Virus record (IMG/VR): IMGVR_UViG_3300031413_000001
From: a virus
Taxonomy: Duplodnaviria > Heunggongvirae > Uroviricota > Caudoviricetes
Length of the DNA stretch: 64,000 bases
Reading direction: 5' to 3' (one strand)
Shown here: piece by piece, positions 18,587 through 27,831 of the stretch
Numbering within the stretch: position 1 is the first letter of the stretch
How the letters are laid out: the number at the start of each line of letters is the position of its first letter
Notes under the pieces: model-generated
Seen by the model: only the letters and a program-made list of their open reading frames with translations
What the model was told of the DNA's origin: nothing
Database searches by the model: none
Position numbers and translations under genes: made by a program

Positions 18587-19225
18587 ATGCTGGTAGGAAC
18601 TATTCTATATGATGGCGTGGCACGAACTGACTTGTTGCTTCGCATGACCAACAGCTTTACCAATCAGGTAAACGGAGGGCAGTCAAGCCTGTCCAACAAC
18701 GCTCGACCAACAACGGTCTCCAACTATATGCTGTTCACTGGAACTCAGGCGGTTCGCTTTTCCAACAACAATGCAGTGTGGCATCTTTCCACCCCCTATA
18801 GTGTGGAAATGGAAGTTTACATTGATGAGCCGGGTACCAGGTGGATTGCAACTTTGGGTGAAGGCTTTGGTGCGGGTTGGCCTGAGTGGACGATCAGTCA
18901 CAATGGATCCAATATACTCTTCAATAGCAGCACAACCAACAACGGCTACACAACCAGTTTGACCATGGTAAGCAATTACCAGGCAAAGCAATGGTACCGT
19001 CTGGGATTCATGTTTTACGCTCAGGGTGATAGCACGCGAGTCCGCTTGTATGTCAACAACACCCCAGTGGGCGACTATGCCATGCCGGTCCCCTACACGA
19101 CGGCAAACGGCCTTTCAATTGGTTCGGACTGGACCTATAACACCTCAACGGGTGCCAGTGCTCGAATCTTCAAGGGTCGAATCCGCAATGTGACGATTGG
19201 TAGAAGTGGCTTTTGGACGGTGTGA
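18587..19225 (+). CDS. LamG/concanavalin-A-like domain protein
   Basis: YSVEMEVY..QWYRLGF..RLYVNN..LSIG..FKGRIRNV. Confidence 0.75.
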   Translation: MLVGTILYDGVARTDLLLRMTNSFTNQVNGGQSSLSNNARPTTVSNYMLFTGTQAVRFSNNNAVWHLSTPYSVEMEVYIDEPGTRWIATLGEGFGAGWPEWTISHNGSNILFNSSTTNNGYTTSLTMVSNYQAKQWYRLGFMFYAQGDSTRVRLYVNNTPVGDYAMPVPYTTANGLSIGSDWTYNTSTGASARIFKGRIRNVTIGRSGFWTV

Positions 19226-19288
19226 TCCAATAGTGATTTCTGGACACCAGGTGCGTTAGGGTATCCATAAATCCAAATGGAGAACCCA

Positions 19289-19696
19289 ATGAGCGAAAAC
19301 TACCTGAACGAATATGGCGCCTTCGTGGATGCCGTGACCAGCGATGCCAGCAAGAACAAGGAAGCATTCCTAGCTCGTGTTGGTGACCTGTATGACCAGG
19401 GCTGCAATGTTGAGCGTCTTCTAACCGGCGCATGTGGCATGAGTGCAGAGTCGGGCGAGTTCATGGAAATCGTCAAGAAGATGCTCTTCCAGGGCAAGCC
19501 TTTTGATGAGGCCAATAAGTATCATATGATGCGCGAGCTCGGCGATGTGATGTGGTACTTTGCAAACGCCTGCACGGCACTGGGTCTGGACCCCTACGAG
19601 GTCTTGGACGAAAACGTCAAGAAGCTGGAAAGCCGCTTTCCTGGTGGCAAGTTCAGCATTGAGCGTAGTGAAAACAGAAAGTCTGGTGACATTTGA
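19289..19696 (+). CDS. mazG: MazG-like NTP pyrophosphohydrolase
   Basis: GMSAESGEFMEIVKK..RELGDVMWY..NVKKLESRF. Confidence 0.9.
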   Translation: MSENYLNEYGAFVDAVTSDASKNKEAFLARVGDLYDQGCNVERLLTGACGMSAESGEFMEIVKKMLFQGKPFDEANKYHMMRELGDVMWYFANACTALGLDPYEVLDENVKKLESRFPGGKFSIERSENRKSGDI

Positions 19697-20064
19697 TTGA
19701 CCATCCATTTCTCTCCTTTAAGGATCTAAGTGACGATGAGCTCTTGCAGAAAACGCAGGACATTCATCGTAACCTAAGCCGTGCCTCCATGTGGGGTTCC
19801 AGTCTTGACACCATCAACCAATTGGAGTGGATGTTGGAAATGATTGATGAGGAGAAAATGGAAAGGGCACAGAAGGCAAACTTCGACGCCATGGTTGCCA
19901 TGTTCCCGGACACCGTTGAGTCCGATCCCGATTTCAAGGCATCCAAGGGTGAGACTGAGGACGACAGCAAGACAACGATTGTCAAGCCAGCTTCTCGCAA
20001 GCCTCAGAATCTTCCTGCTCCCTTGTTTCACAAGGAATACACGGACAAAGACGACCAAAAATAA
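19693..20064 (+). CDS. hypothetical protein
   Basis: coupled to mazG, plausible helical protein. Confidence 0.65.
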   Translation: MIDHPFLSFKDLSDDELLQKTQDIHRNLSRASMWGSSLDTINQLEWMLEMIDEEKMERAQKANFDAMVAMFPDTVESDPDFKASKGETEDDSKTTIVKPASRKPQNLPAPLFHKEYTDKDDQK

Positions 20065-20102
20065 TGACAAGACCCCAACCTGTTCACTATGGTATAAGAG
20101 AT

Positions 20103-20255
20103 TAAACGTAGGAAACAGGTTGGGTTTTGAAGCTCAGGCACTAAATACCATGAACGACGACAGGATGTCCAATAGGGCTGCTCAAGTCTTGTGGTTGTGT
20201 TGCTGGCCAGCAATTAACCCTTCATGCCGCATCCGCGGTAGTGTTCCTACGTTCC
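20103..20255 (+). ncRNA. candidate structured RNA
   Basis: terminal AACGTAGGA(A)ACA/TGTTCCTACGTT pairing, internal CATGAA/TTCATG and ACGACGACAGGA/TCTTGTGGTTGT stems. Confidence 0.4.
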
Positions 20256-20271
20256 TTCTTTGGGGACTGTA

Positions 20272-21009
20272 ATGGACGAACACGACGACAACACCATGCC
20301 CAATCACCTGTTCATTAGCCTGCGCTATGAGTTCAAGGCTACCAGGATCATCGATCAGCGGCTTTCTCCCACCACCATCAAAATCAAAGCAGATGTGTCC
20401 ACACTGGAACACGTTGACGATCAGGGCCTTCCCGTAGAGGAAGACTCCGACGACTACGGTACCCGTATGGAAGTCGCACTTGCAAAGATGAGCTACTGGG
20501 TAGAGCGTGTTCTAAACAACTCCATCTTGCTTCACAGCGACAATGAGTGGGCACTTGATCGCTTTTCTGAAGGCGACAGTCCCAGTTGCACCAACGCACT
20601 CATCCTCTGCCCAGAGGAACCCACCGATGCCTGCTTGGCGGAACTTCTGCTCTGCAAGTTCAAGGCATTAACCAAGGGTGCATTCTCATTCCATGCCATT
20701 GACATCGAGAGCACCGATGGTCGAGGAATGGGCTTTACCTTTGTGGGTCTTCGTCCCGGCGAGAGCTTTGCCAGCGACGTGGAATGGCTCACTGAAAGCA
20801 ACTTCTTCTCGCGTCCTTGGTGGCATCGCGATGACGCATCCAGCATGGATGTGGTTCCCGACGAAGGTGATGACTTGAATAAGCCACCAGCTTGGGCGTA
20901 TAGTCTGGGCTTTATTGCGGATCAGATGGCGAATCCACAGGCACCCAGCAATGTGATTGTGCGTCCTGAATTCCGTCCCCGCGTAATTGATGGTGGTAAG
21001 GTAGACTGA
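20272..21009 (+). CDS. hypothetical protein
   Basis: long ORF, GGGGA SD. Confidence 0.7.
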   Translation: MDEHDDNTMPNHLFISLRYEFKATRIIDQRLSPTTIKIKADVSTLEHVDDQGLPVEEDSDDYGTRMEVALAKMSYWVERVLNNSILLHSDNEWALDRFSEGDSPSCTNALILCPEEPTDACLAELLLCKFKALTKGAFSFHAIDIESTDGRGMGFTFVGLRPGESFASDVEWLTESNFFSRPWWHRDDASSMDVVPDEGDDLNKPPAWAYSLGFIADQMANPQAPSNVIVRPEFRPRVIDGGKVD

Positions 21010-21542
21010 TGCAGTTCAAGGGCCGTTCAACTGACGAGTGGGGAAATGTGATCTTTGACACGGATGGTCTGATTGATCATCTGATGCGGGGAAATCACCT
21101 TACCAGTGAGATGACGGCCCACCCTGTAGAGGGCGTGGTGCGCTTTAATGCGCTCTGCAAGGAATACGACCACCCCGATGATCAGGTGGGCGAGTATCAG
21201 GAACCCACATTCCCAGTCAAGGATTGGGACGAGGCTCACCAGAGCCAGTGGTTTATTCCCGAGCCCTATGCAAGTCTGGACGTCCAGGAGTTTCTCCTAA
21301 TGAGGTGCCAGAATGAGGCACAAATTGAGAGAATACTCTACGAGTGGACTCTCTTCGAGGAAAGGAACATGATTCCCCTTCTGCGCTTTCTCGTCTATGC
21401 GGTAAATCACTTCCGTGAGAATGATATCGTGTGGGGTGTGGGACGTGGATCCAGTGTTGCCTCCTATGCACTTTTTCTAATTGGCGTGCATCGTGTTGAC
21501 AGTATGGCGTTCGATCTGGACATTCGAGAGTTCCTCAAGTAA
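21009..21542 (+). CDS. stand-alone DNA polymerase III alpha (DnaE)-like fragment
   Basis: WGVGRGSSVASYALFLIGVHRVD matches DnaE GRGS motif; only 177 aa. Confidence 0.8.
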   Translation: MQFKGRSTDEWGNVIFDTDGLIDHLMRGNHLTSEMTAHPVEGVVRFNALCKEYDHPDDQVGEYQEPTFPVKDWDEAHQSQWFIPEPYASLDVQEFLLMRCQNEAQIERILYEWTLFEERNMIPLLRFLVYAVNHFRENDIVWGVGRGSSVASYALFLIGVHRVDSMAFDLDIREFLK

Positions 21543-21599
21543 CCCGCTGGTTAACTACGCATAAATAAGAACATAGGGTCGTATAGGAGGAGCACCACA

Positions 21600-21968
21600 A
21601 TGGCTCGCAACGGTTTTAGGAACAAGGCAGTTTCCATGCGCGGTGTCGAAATTGACATGGACGCGCTGAGTGCCGCAAATGAAAGTAGCCGAGCAATCGG
21701 CAATGGGCGTATGAATGCTCGCGGCGACATCATGGGCGCCGGTGGTCAGATCGAGGTTCGTAGGGAACAGATTGCTCGTGACTACTATGCGAACAACCCT
21801 CAGGCAGCAAAGCAGGTTTCGTTGAAGCCCGCACTTCCTGATGTGTTCGAAACCCCGGAGGAAGCAATGAACCGTCTGGTCAGCAGCAGGGTCGCGGAGA
21901 CCGATGCTCCTGAGGGATTGGCTCAGCGTCCAAGGGGTCGTAAGCTAGTGGACAAGAGTGACGACTAA
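21600..21968 (+). CDS. hypothetical protein
   Basis: TAAATA 21562, GGAG SD. Confidence 0.7.
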   Translation: MARNGFRNKAVSMRGVEIDMDALSAANESSRAIGNGRMNARGDIMGAGGQIEVRREQIARDYYANNPQAAKQVSLKPALPDVFETPEEAMNRLVSSRVAETDAPEGLAQRPRGRKLVDKSDD

Positions 21969-21998
21969 GAACTTTGGTTTGTAACCGGAGACATTCAA

Positions 21999-22340
21999 AT
22001 GAGTCGCTACAATTATTCAAAGATCCGCGGTGACATTCGCCCAGTCCGAGATCACATCCTTGTGATCAACATGGAAAAGGGTGAAAAGGTTACCAAGGGT
22101 GGTATTATCACGCTTGATGACAATGGCAAGGATCGGGGTATCCGTCCTCGCTGGGCACAGGTCTGGCGCGTTGGTCATGAGCAGACTGACATCAAGGTTG
22201 GACAGTGGGTTCTAGTGGAACATGGTCGTTGGACCTATGGCGTTGAAGCTGAGATTCCCGAGAGCGCCGATGAAGTACATTATGTTCAGCGCGTAGACGT
22301 AACTGGTGTATTGGGTGTTCAGGATGACTGCCCCTTCTAA
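21999..22340 (+). CDS. groES: GroES-like co-chaperonin
   Basis: IRPVRDHILV..EKVTKGGII..VG..IKVGQWVL. Confidence 0.85.
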   Translation: MSRYNYSKIRGDIRPVRDHILVINMEKGEKVTKGGIITLDDNGKDRGIRPRWAQVWRVGHEQTDIKVGQWVLVEHGRWTYGVEAEIPESADEVHYVQRVDVTGVLGVQDDCPF

Positions 22341-22350
22341 TCCACTTAAA

Positions 22351-22533
22351 ATGGTTGTCTGGATTCAAGACAACGATCATTTTCAAAACATGAATGATTT
22401 CATAGCATTCAACAGATCCAAAGTTGTCGATTATTCTTGGTATCACGGTTTCATAGGTGAGCCATCAAGTAGTTTGACAATTGAATTTGGCAATGTATCC
22501 GACGCTTTGCTGTTTAAGTTGAAGTACGGTTGA
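22351..22533 (+). CDS. FKLxW-family small protein
   Basis: IEFGNVSDALLFKLKYG. Confidence 0.75.
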   Translation: MVVWIQDNDHFQNMNDFIAFNRSKVVDYSWYHGFIGEPSSSLTIEFGNVSDALLFKLKYG

Positions 22534-22537
22534 AGTC

Positions 22538-22900
22538 ATGCAGGCAGAGCCCATCACACTGGATGGAACCTCAAGGGGTTCCATCCAAACCTTTTTCTAT
22601 CCCGTCTGTTATGTTCAGATCTTCCGCCCCTGTAGCTGGACAGATCTCCACGCCTTTATGGAAGAAGGCGATACATTCCGACAGGAGATGAGCAAGCGAG
22701 CCCACTGGCTTGACGAGCAAAAGATCCGACACCGTATGAAATATGATCGTGTGATTGACGATCCTGACCGTCCACACTATTATAGACTTTTCATAGAGTT
22801 CTCCACTATGGATGGAGCGGAGCAGTACATTGAACGGTGGACCGAGTGGGCAGCAGAATTAAGCACCAAGTTGCTCGATATGCTTGGGAAGTTGACGTAA
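22538..22900 (+). CDS. FKLxW-family protein (degenerate)
   Basis: HWLDEQ; IEFSTMDGAEQYIERW. Confidence 0.6.
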   Translation: MQAEPITLDGTSRGSIQTFFYPVCYVQIFRPCSWTDLHAFMEEGDTFRQEMSKRAHWLDEQKIRHRMKYDRVIDDPDRPHYYRLFIEFSTMDGAEQYIERWTEWAAELSTKLLDMLGKLT

Positions 22901-23187
22901 CGTTCATTCGAACCTACGAGCGCTATCCCCAGTCCCAGGGCAAGACCACTTCCACCAGCGTGACACTCAACGACATTCGAGACAAGCTGGTCCGAATGGG
23001 CGAGCACGAGAAGTGGCAAAACCGTGGCAAGGACTGGTGCGCCGAACATACAAAAGATCGGTGGACCTTTGGAGACTTCCGTGTCAAGGAAGATGGATCC
23101 GGAGATGTCCAGCGAGTAGAGACAAAGTTCACATTCAATGACCGACACGATGCAATCATGTTTCAGCTGGTCAAGGATCGACTATGA
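22837..23187 (+). CDS. FKLxW-family protein
   Basis: KDWCAE; FTFNDRHDAIMFQL; true start probably near 22890. Confidence 0.7.
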   Translation: MDRVGSRIKHQVARYAWEVDVTFIRTYERYPQSQGKTTSTSVTLNDIRDKLVRMGEHEKWQNRGKDWCAEHTKDRWTFGDFRVKEDGSGDVQRVETKFTFNDRHDAIMFQLVKDRL

Positions 23188-23504
23188 GCAATGAGCTCCG
23201 ATCCGAGTATGAGCACGGACAGATCTGGATAACACCAAGTGGTGAATATGCGGTCTTGATGTCTTACGATTTCCATGCACGAAGTACCTTTCTATCACGC
23301 GCTGACTATCTGTCCATGAAACTCCACGAAGATCTGTATGAGTGGCTTGATGCAATGGGACCCAAAGTTCCTCACATCACGAACCTCACCTGTGATATTC
23401 ATCCCTGGAGACACCGGCCCTTTATCCCAGGGTCGGAGGGACTTCATGCCTTCTTTTTCTATCGCCGGAGGAATGCCTCGTTGTTCAAGCTTCGCTGGAC
23501 TTGA
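23184..23504 (+). CDS. FKLxW-family protein
   Basis: LYEWLD; FFFYRRRNASLFKLRW. Confidence 0.85.
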   Translation: MSNELRSEYEHGQIWITPSGEYAVLMSYDFHARSTFLSRADYLSMKLHEDLYEWLDAMGPKVPHITNLTCDIHPWRHRPFIPGSEGLHAFFFYRRRNASLFKLRWT

Positions 23505-23534
23505 CAAACTGGTAGCCAGTGCTAATATTGGAGC
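23501..23534 (+). promoter_or_regulatory. sigma70-type promoter
   Basis: TTGACA-N14-GCTAAT-N8-ATG. Confidence 0.65.
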
Positions 23535-23966
23535 ATGAAGCACTACCGCCCCATAAAGACCTTTGCCACTTGGCTTCTTGAGCGCGTTTCAATCCACTTG
23601 CCTTTTGAGGGCGGACGTGATTGGGGCGGAAAAGATCACGAGCATTGGATCGAGGAGCATCTTGAATTAGATCGCCAGGTAACCGGTGATCTTCGAGCAA
23701 ACATCTACAGTCACAGTGGAAGCGGCTTTCCCATAGCTGGACGTCCCCACCTTCACTATTTCAATTTTCCAACCGCTGAGCAAGCGGATCTTTTTCAAGC
23801 CACATGGGGTGGAGTCCGAAGCACGGAGACTATGAAGGAAACAGCCCGGAGGAATGAATCCATCTGGGGCAACTTCACAGCCGATGATATGCTGCACCTC
23901 TATGGTGACCCACTTCCCAACATAATTCAGTACCATCTTTCCTACATGCAGGATCATGGCGGTTAA
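23535..23966 (+). CDS. FKLxW-family protein with C-terminal extension
   Basis: FNFPTAEQADLFQATWGG. Confidence 0.75.
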   Translation: MKHYRPIKTFATWLLERVSIHLPFEGGRDWGGKDHEHWIEEHLELDRQVTGDLRANIYSHSGSGFPIAGRPHLHYFNFPTAEQADLFQATWGGVRSTETMKETARRNESIWGNFTADDMLHLYGDPLPNIIQYHLSYMQDHGG

Positions 23967-23984
23967 AGTAACCGCTTCAGTCAC

Positions 23985-24374
23985 ATGCACCAACAGTGGG
24001 CGCATCTTGATTGGGTTCCGGGTGCGTTTCTTCACAGGGATCGCCAGTGCCAAGATGACGAGATAGAAGTGATCTGCTGGTTCGCAGATACTCTACAGCA
24101 TCAGGTTACCCCAGATGATGAGCATGGGTGGCAGCGTCGTTGGCATCAGTACGCCAGCAACGTCTATGAGTTCGACGATCCCTATGTTGCCAAAATGTTC
24201 ATGCTACGTTTTGGCTGCGATCCTATTCCCGAGAAGTACCGCTTTCGTGGAGACGAGATTGCGCGGAAGCTGGTACCCCATGTTTCGGGCATTCGTCACG
24301 CAACGGGCAAAGGGTACATTTGGGAGAGGACGGCCAGCATACCCGATTACCAAAGTCCACTAATAAGGGGTTGA
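23985..24374 (+). CDS. FKLxW-family protein with C-terminal extension
   Basis: YEFDDPYVAKMFMLRFG. Confidence 0.7.
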   Translation: MHQQWAHLDWVPGAFLHRDRQCQDDEIEVICWFADTLQHQVTPDDEHGWQRRWHQYASNVYEFDDPYVAKMFMLRFGCDPIPEKYRFRGDEIARKLVPHVSGIRHATGKGYIWERTASIPDYQSPLIRG

Positions 24375-24918
24375 ACCACTTCCAGTATTTGCGTGGAAGT
24401 TTTTCCCTCAGGACCTCTTCGGTTTCATTGGCGTCCTTGGTGTCCACGTAACCCCAGATATTCATGATACGATGAACGTGAGTGTCAACGGTCATGGTCG
24501 TTTGACCAAAGCCTGAATCCAAGGTCAGATTGGCGGTCTTTCGTCCCACGCCGGGAAGGCTCAAGAGGTCGTCCATGTTGTTGGGAACCTTGCCCCCAAA
24601 ACGATCGATAATCTGCTGGCTGGTTTGTTGCACGAACTGAACCCGTCGACTGGTGTGTCCAAGGGGCCGTAGAAGCCCAGAGAGCTCCTCTACGGGCATC
24701 TGGGCGATCTGCTGGGGCGTTGATGCTATTTCAAAGAGACTGTTCTCTACGCGCTCCACAGTTGCTCCACGAGCACGAAGACTGAGCAGTGTTCCTATCA
24801 GGGCACGAAAGGGTTCCTGTCGGTGGAAGCCCGTGTAAGCGTGACCAGTTTCCTTCTTCATGTACGCCTTCAGCGTATCAAGAGCCGCGGGCGCATCAAG
24901 CGTTTCGTTGGTAGACAT
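24223..24918 (-). CDS. nth: endonuclease III (HhH-GPD glycosylase)
   Basis: LLSLPGVGRKTAN, VDTHVHR, FeS motif C-x6-C-x2-C-x5-C. Confidence 0.93.
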   Translation of the reverse strand: MSTNETLDAPAALDTLKAYMKKETGHAYTGFHRQEPFRALIGTLLSLRARGATVERVENSLFEIASTPQQIAQMPVEELSGLLRPLGHTSRRVQFVQQTSQQIIDRFGGKVPNNMDDLLSLPGVGRKTANLTLDSGFGQTTMTVDTHVHRIMNIWGYVDTKDANETEEVLREKLPRKYWKWFNPLLVDFGNRVCWPSSPKCTLCPLRDECPKHGVPASAQSRLHESGTSRE

Positions 24919-25014
24919 AATCTAACTTAGCAAACGGTTACCGAGACGCAAGAGTAAATTGACTCTGGACACCAGAACACCGTAATGTGTGGCATACCTG
25001 ATAGGAGTTTTCCA

Positions 25015-25953
25015 GTGTCCACACCAGACCTTTGGGTCGAGAAGTACCGCCCCAACACGCTCGAGGGATACGTCTTCAAGAACGACCATATTCGAGCACA
25101 GATTGAAAGCTGGATTCAAAATCCAGAGGGCAAGAACATTCCCTTCCCACACCTGCTTCTAAGTGGCAGCCCTGGCGTTGGTAAGACAACTCTGGCAAAA
25201 CTTCTGCTCAACGAACTGGGCGTCAACAAGTATGATATCTTGGAGCTCAATGGATCCAGGGATAACGGTGTTGACTATGTTCGGGACACGATCGTCAACT
25301 TCTGTTCCACTTATCCAAATGGCGATTACAAGGTTGTTCTACTGGATGAGGGCGACTACCTGACCCATCAGGCACAGGCTATTCTACGTAATGAAATGGA
25401 GCGTTTCAATGAAAGCGTTCGTTTCATCATCACTTGCAACCTGCCGCACAAGATCATGGCCGCGCTGCATAGCAGGATGCAGGGAATCCACTTTGATTCG
25501 CTGGACATGGAAAGCTTCTACGGTAGGGTTCTTGAGATCCTAACGCTGGAGAACGTCACGTTTGATATTGATGATCTGGAACTGTACGTCAGGAACTCCT
25601 TTCCCGATCTTCGAAAGTGCATCAATCTTCTAGATCAGCATACGCAGAACAGCGTACTGACGCCCCTGAAGGAATCCAGTGCTACTTCACTCAATTACAT
25701 GGAAGATGTCGTTGAGCTGTTCAAGGCACGGAACTTCACGCAGGCACGAAAGCTGATCGTCAGCAGCGCAGACATCAATGATTACGAGGACATCTTCCGT
25801 TTCCTCTACAAGAATCTTCAACTGTTTGGTGACACTGAGGAAGTGCAGAGCGCGGCCATTGTGGTGATCGCACGTGGTCTCCGCAGTCATGCGATTTGTG
25901 CCGACGCGGAGATCAACCTAGCAGCAACATTGGTAGAATTGAGTCAGCTATGA
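25015..25953 (+). CDS. clamp loader subunit (gp44/RFC-like)
   Basis: LWVEKYRP, GSPGVGKTT, LLDEGD, SRMQ. Confidence 0.93.
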   Translation: MSTPDLWVEKYRPNTLEGYVFKNDHIRAQIESWIQNPEGKNIPFPHLLLSGSPGVGKTTLAKLLLNELGVNKYDILELNGSRDNGVDYVRDTIVNFCSTYPNGDYKVVLLDEGDYLTHQAQAILRNEMERFNESVRFIITCNLPHKIMAALHSRMQGIHFDSLDMESFYGRVLEILTLENVTFDIDDLELYVRNSFPDLRKCINLLDQHTQNSVLTPLKESSATSLNYMEDVVELFKARNFTQARKLIVSSADINDYEDIFRFLYKNLQLFGDTEEVQSAAIVVIARGLRSHAICADAEINLAATLVELSQL

Positions 25954-26447
25954 GCGATCTACAAACGGCTATTGATGCCATGAACGGCACCACCAAATGG
26001 GACATTCGCTATCTAGAGATGGCACGTCTGGTTGCCAGCTGGAGCAAGGACCCCAGCACGCAAACTGGTGCGGTGGTTGTTCGTCCCGACAACAGCGTTG
26101 CCAGCGTGGGCTATAATGGATTTCCACGTGGAATCCAGGATACTCCTGATCGCTATGAGGATCGTGAAGTCAAGTACAGCTACATCGTCCATTGTGAGAT
26201 GAATGCCGTCTTGAGTGCCCACACAACCGTGCGCGGTGACACACTCTACACTTGGCCATTCTTTTCCTGTGATCGGTGCGCCATGCACATGATTCAGGCT
26301 GGAATCACCAGGGTAGTGGCACCAAGTTGTCCACCGGACAAGCAGGATCGTTGGGCTGCAATTCTCGAAGACAGCAAGGCTCGCTTTCGTGAAGCCGGCG
26401 TGGAAGTCGTTGAAATTCCCTACGAGATCTTTGAGGAAAACAAATGA
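25950..26447 (+). CDS. dCMP deaminase
   Basis: SKDPSTQTGA, GYNGFPRG, HCEMNA, CDRC. Confidence 0.92.
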   Translation: MSDLQTAIDAMNGTTKWDIRYLEMARLVASWSKDPSTQTGAVVVRPDNSVASVGYNGFPRGIQDTPDRYEDREVKYSYIVHCEMNAVLSAHTTVRGDTLYTWPFFSCDRCAMHMIQAGITRVVAPSCPPDKQDRWAAILEDSKARFREAGVEVVEIPYEIFEENK

Positions 26448-26836
26448 GCAAATACTTGAGCGGCCGACCCTTTATGGTCATTTCCTACAGCTACGTTCTA
26501 GCTGCGGGACAAAAGAGCAACACGCCAGGCTTTGGCGCCACTGCAGAGTGGGATCCAATCGAGAACATGGTCATCGTTGATCGTGTTACCAACAAGCAGA
26601 CGCAGAATGCAGAGTTGATCCTCGATCTCTTTGAGAGCAAGGTTCTCAAGAGCAGGAACGTGGACAGTGATGAGGAAAAGTCCAAGCTGTTCAACATGTT
26701 CGTCTCCAAGTATTTTGAAGACGTCAAGGCCGCGCTGGTAAAGTGGATTGCCGCCGACAGCGCAAATCTATCCAAGGTTCAGAACTTTGTGGATGCCCAC
26801 AATGCACGAAAGGTAGAAGAAGATGACGGAAATTGA
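26444..26836 (+). CDS. hypothetical protein
   Basis: coupled ORF. Confidence 0.7.
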   Translation: MSKYLSGRPFMVISYSYVLAAGQKSNTPGFGATAEWDPIENMVIVDRVTNKQTQNAELILDLFESKVLKSRNVDSDEEKSKLFNMFVSKYFEDVKAALVKWIAADSANLSKVQNFVDAHNARKVEEDDGN

Positions 26837-27134
26837 TCCAGAGACAATGATGAAGGTAGAAGTCCTCAAGATGGAATTGGTTTCCATCTTGTTGGAATTC
26901 ATGTCGGATATGAATAACGAGGAGACTCGTGCCAAAGTCGTAGAAGACTTCACCGACTACCTGGAGGCCAGCGAAGCATACGACTACACGGTTGTCTGCG
27001 ACGAAAGCAACAATACTCCTGATCGTGTCAGCGATCTAGAGCTGTGGGTGGATGTTGCTGTGAACTTTGCTGAGGATGAAGATTACATCTACATTCCTCT
27101 TCGCCTGAGCCCGAGGTTTGTTGATGAAGAGTAA
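26823..27134 (+). CDS. stand-alone tail-sheath C-terminal-domain-like protein
   Basis: YDYTVVCDESNNTPDRV...ELWVDVAV....YIYIPLRL resembles gp18 C-terminus. Confidence 0.75.
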   Translation: MTEIDPETMMKVEVLKMELVSILLEFMSDMNNEETRAKVVEDFTDYLEASEAYDYTVVCDESNNTPDRVSDLELWVDVAVNFAEDEDYIYIPLRLSPRFVDEE

Positions 27135-27717
27135 GGTCATCCTAACGGATTGTGATGAAGTCCTGTTCGATTGGGCAGGACCTTTTGAAACTTGGGTCCG
27201 TGCCAACTATCCTCAGCATTGTGAGGCTCCTGGTCTTCTAAAGGACTATTGGGACGTGGAGCGTTGGCTCTCCTGCCCCTATGAGGAATCTCGTGAGCTG
27301 ATCAGGATCTTCAACAGCAACCCTGACTACTGGCCGTTCTTCAAGCCACTTCCCCGAGTGGTTGACAATGTTCAGAAGCTTCACAGCGAAGGCTACCGCT
27401 TTGTGGCTATCACGGCCTGTGACACTGATCAGGCCACCTACAATGGTCGCTGGCAGAACCTCAATGAGGTCTTTGGCGTGGGAGTGTTTGACACTCTGCA
27501 TTGTGTGGGATTGGCCGAAAGCAAAAAGGAGCACCTGGCTCGCTATGTTCCAACCTATTGGGTAGAGGACAAGATGAAGCATGCCAGCGCAGGAGTGGAT
27601 GTGGGCCACACCAGCTTCTTGATCAACTACAAGCATAATGAAATGCACGAGGATCCAAGAGTTCAGCGCGTTGATAGCTGGGATGACATCTATGATCGGA
27701 TCCACCAGGATCCATAA
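27124..27717 (+). CDS. HAD-family 5'(3')-deoxyribonucleotidase-like
   Basis: ILTDCDEVLFDW, WVEDK. Confidence 0.85.
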   Translation: MKSKVILTDCDEVLFDWAGPFETWVRANYPQHCEAPGLLKDYWDVERWLSCPYEESRELIRIFNSNPDYWPFFKPLPRVVDNVQKLHSEGYRFVAITACDTDQATYNGRWQNLNEVFGVGVFDTLHCVGLAESKKEHLARYVPTYWVEDKMKHASAGVDVGHTSFLINYKHNEMHEDPRVQRVDSWDDIYDRIHQDP

Positions 27718-27831
27718 CCGCCTACTTATCTGTTTTCCAGCAGGCAATTAAACACACTGTTTAGCCACTCTCCAAGACTTAAATACTTGTGAGCAGCCCC
27801 ACAACACCAACCCTCATTTTGGAGGTCGAAA

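Noticed and set aside
20272-21009. QueD/T-fold assignment
   Set aside because: Only a vague pattern; no catalytic His/Cys motif recognised.
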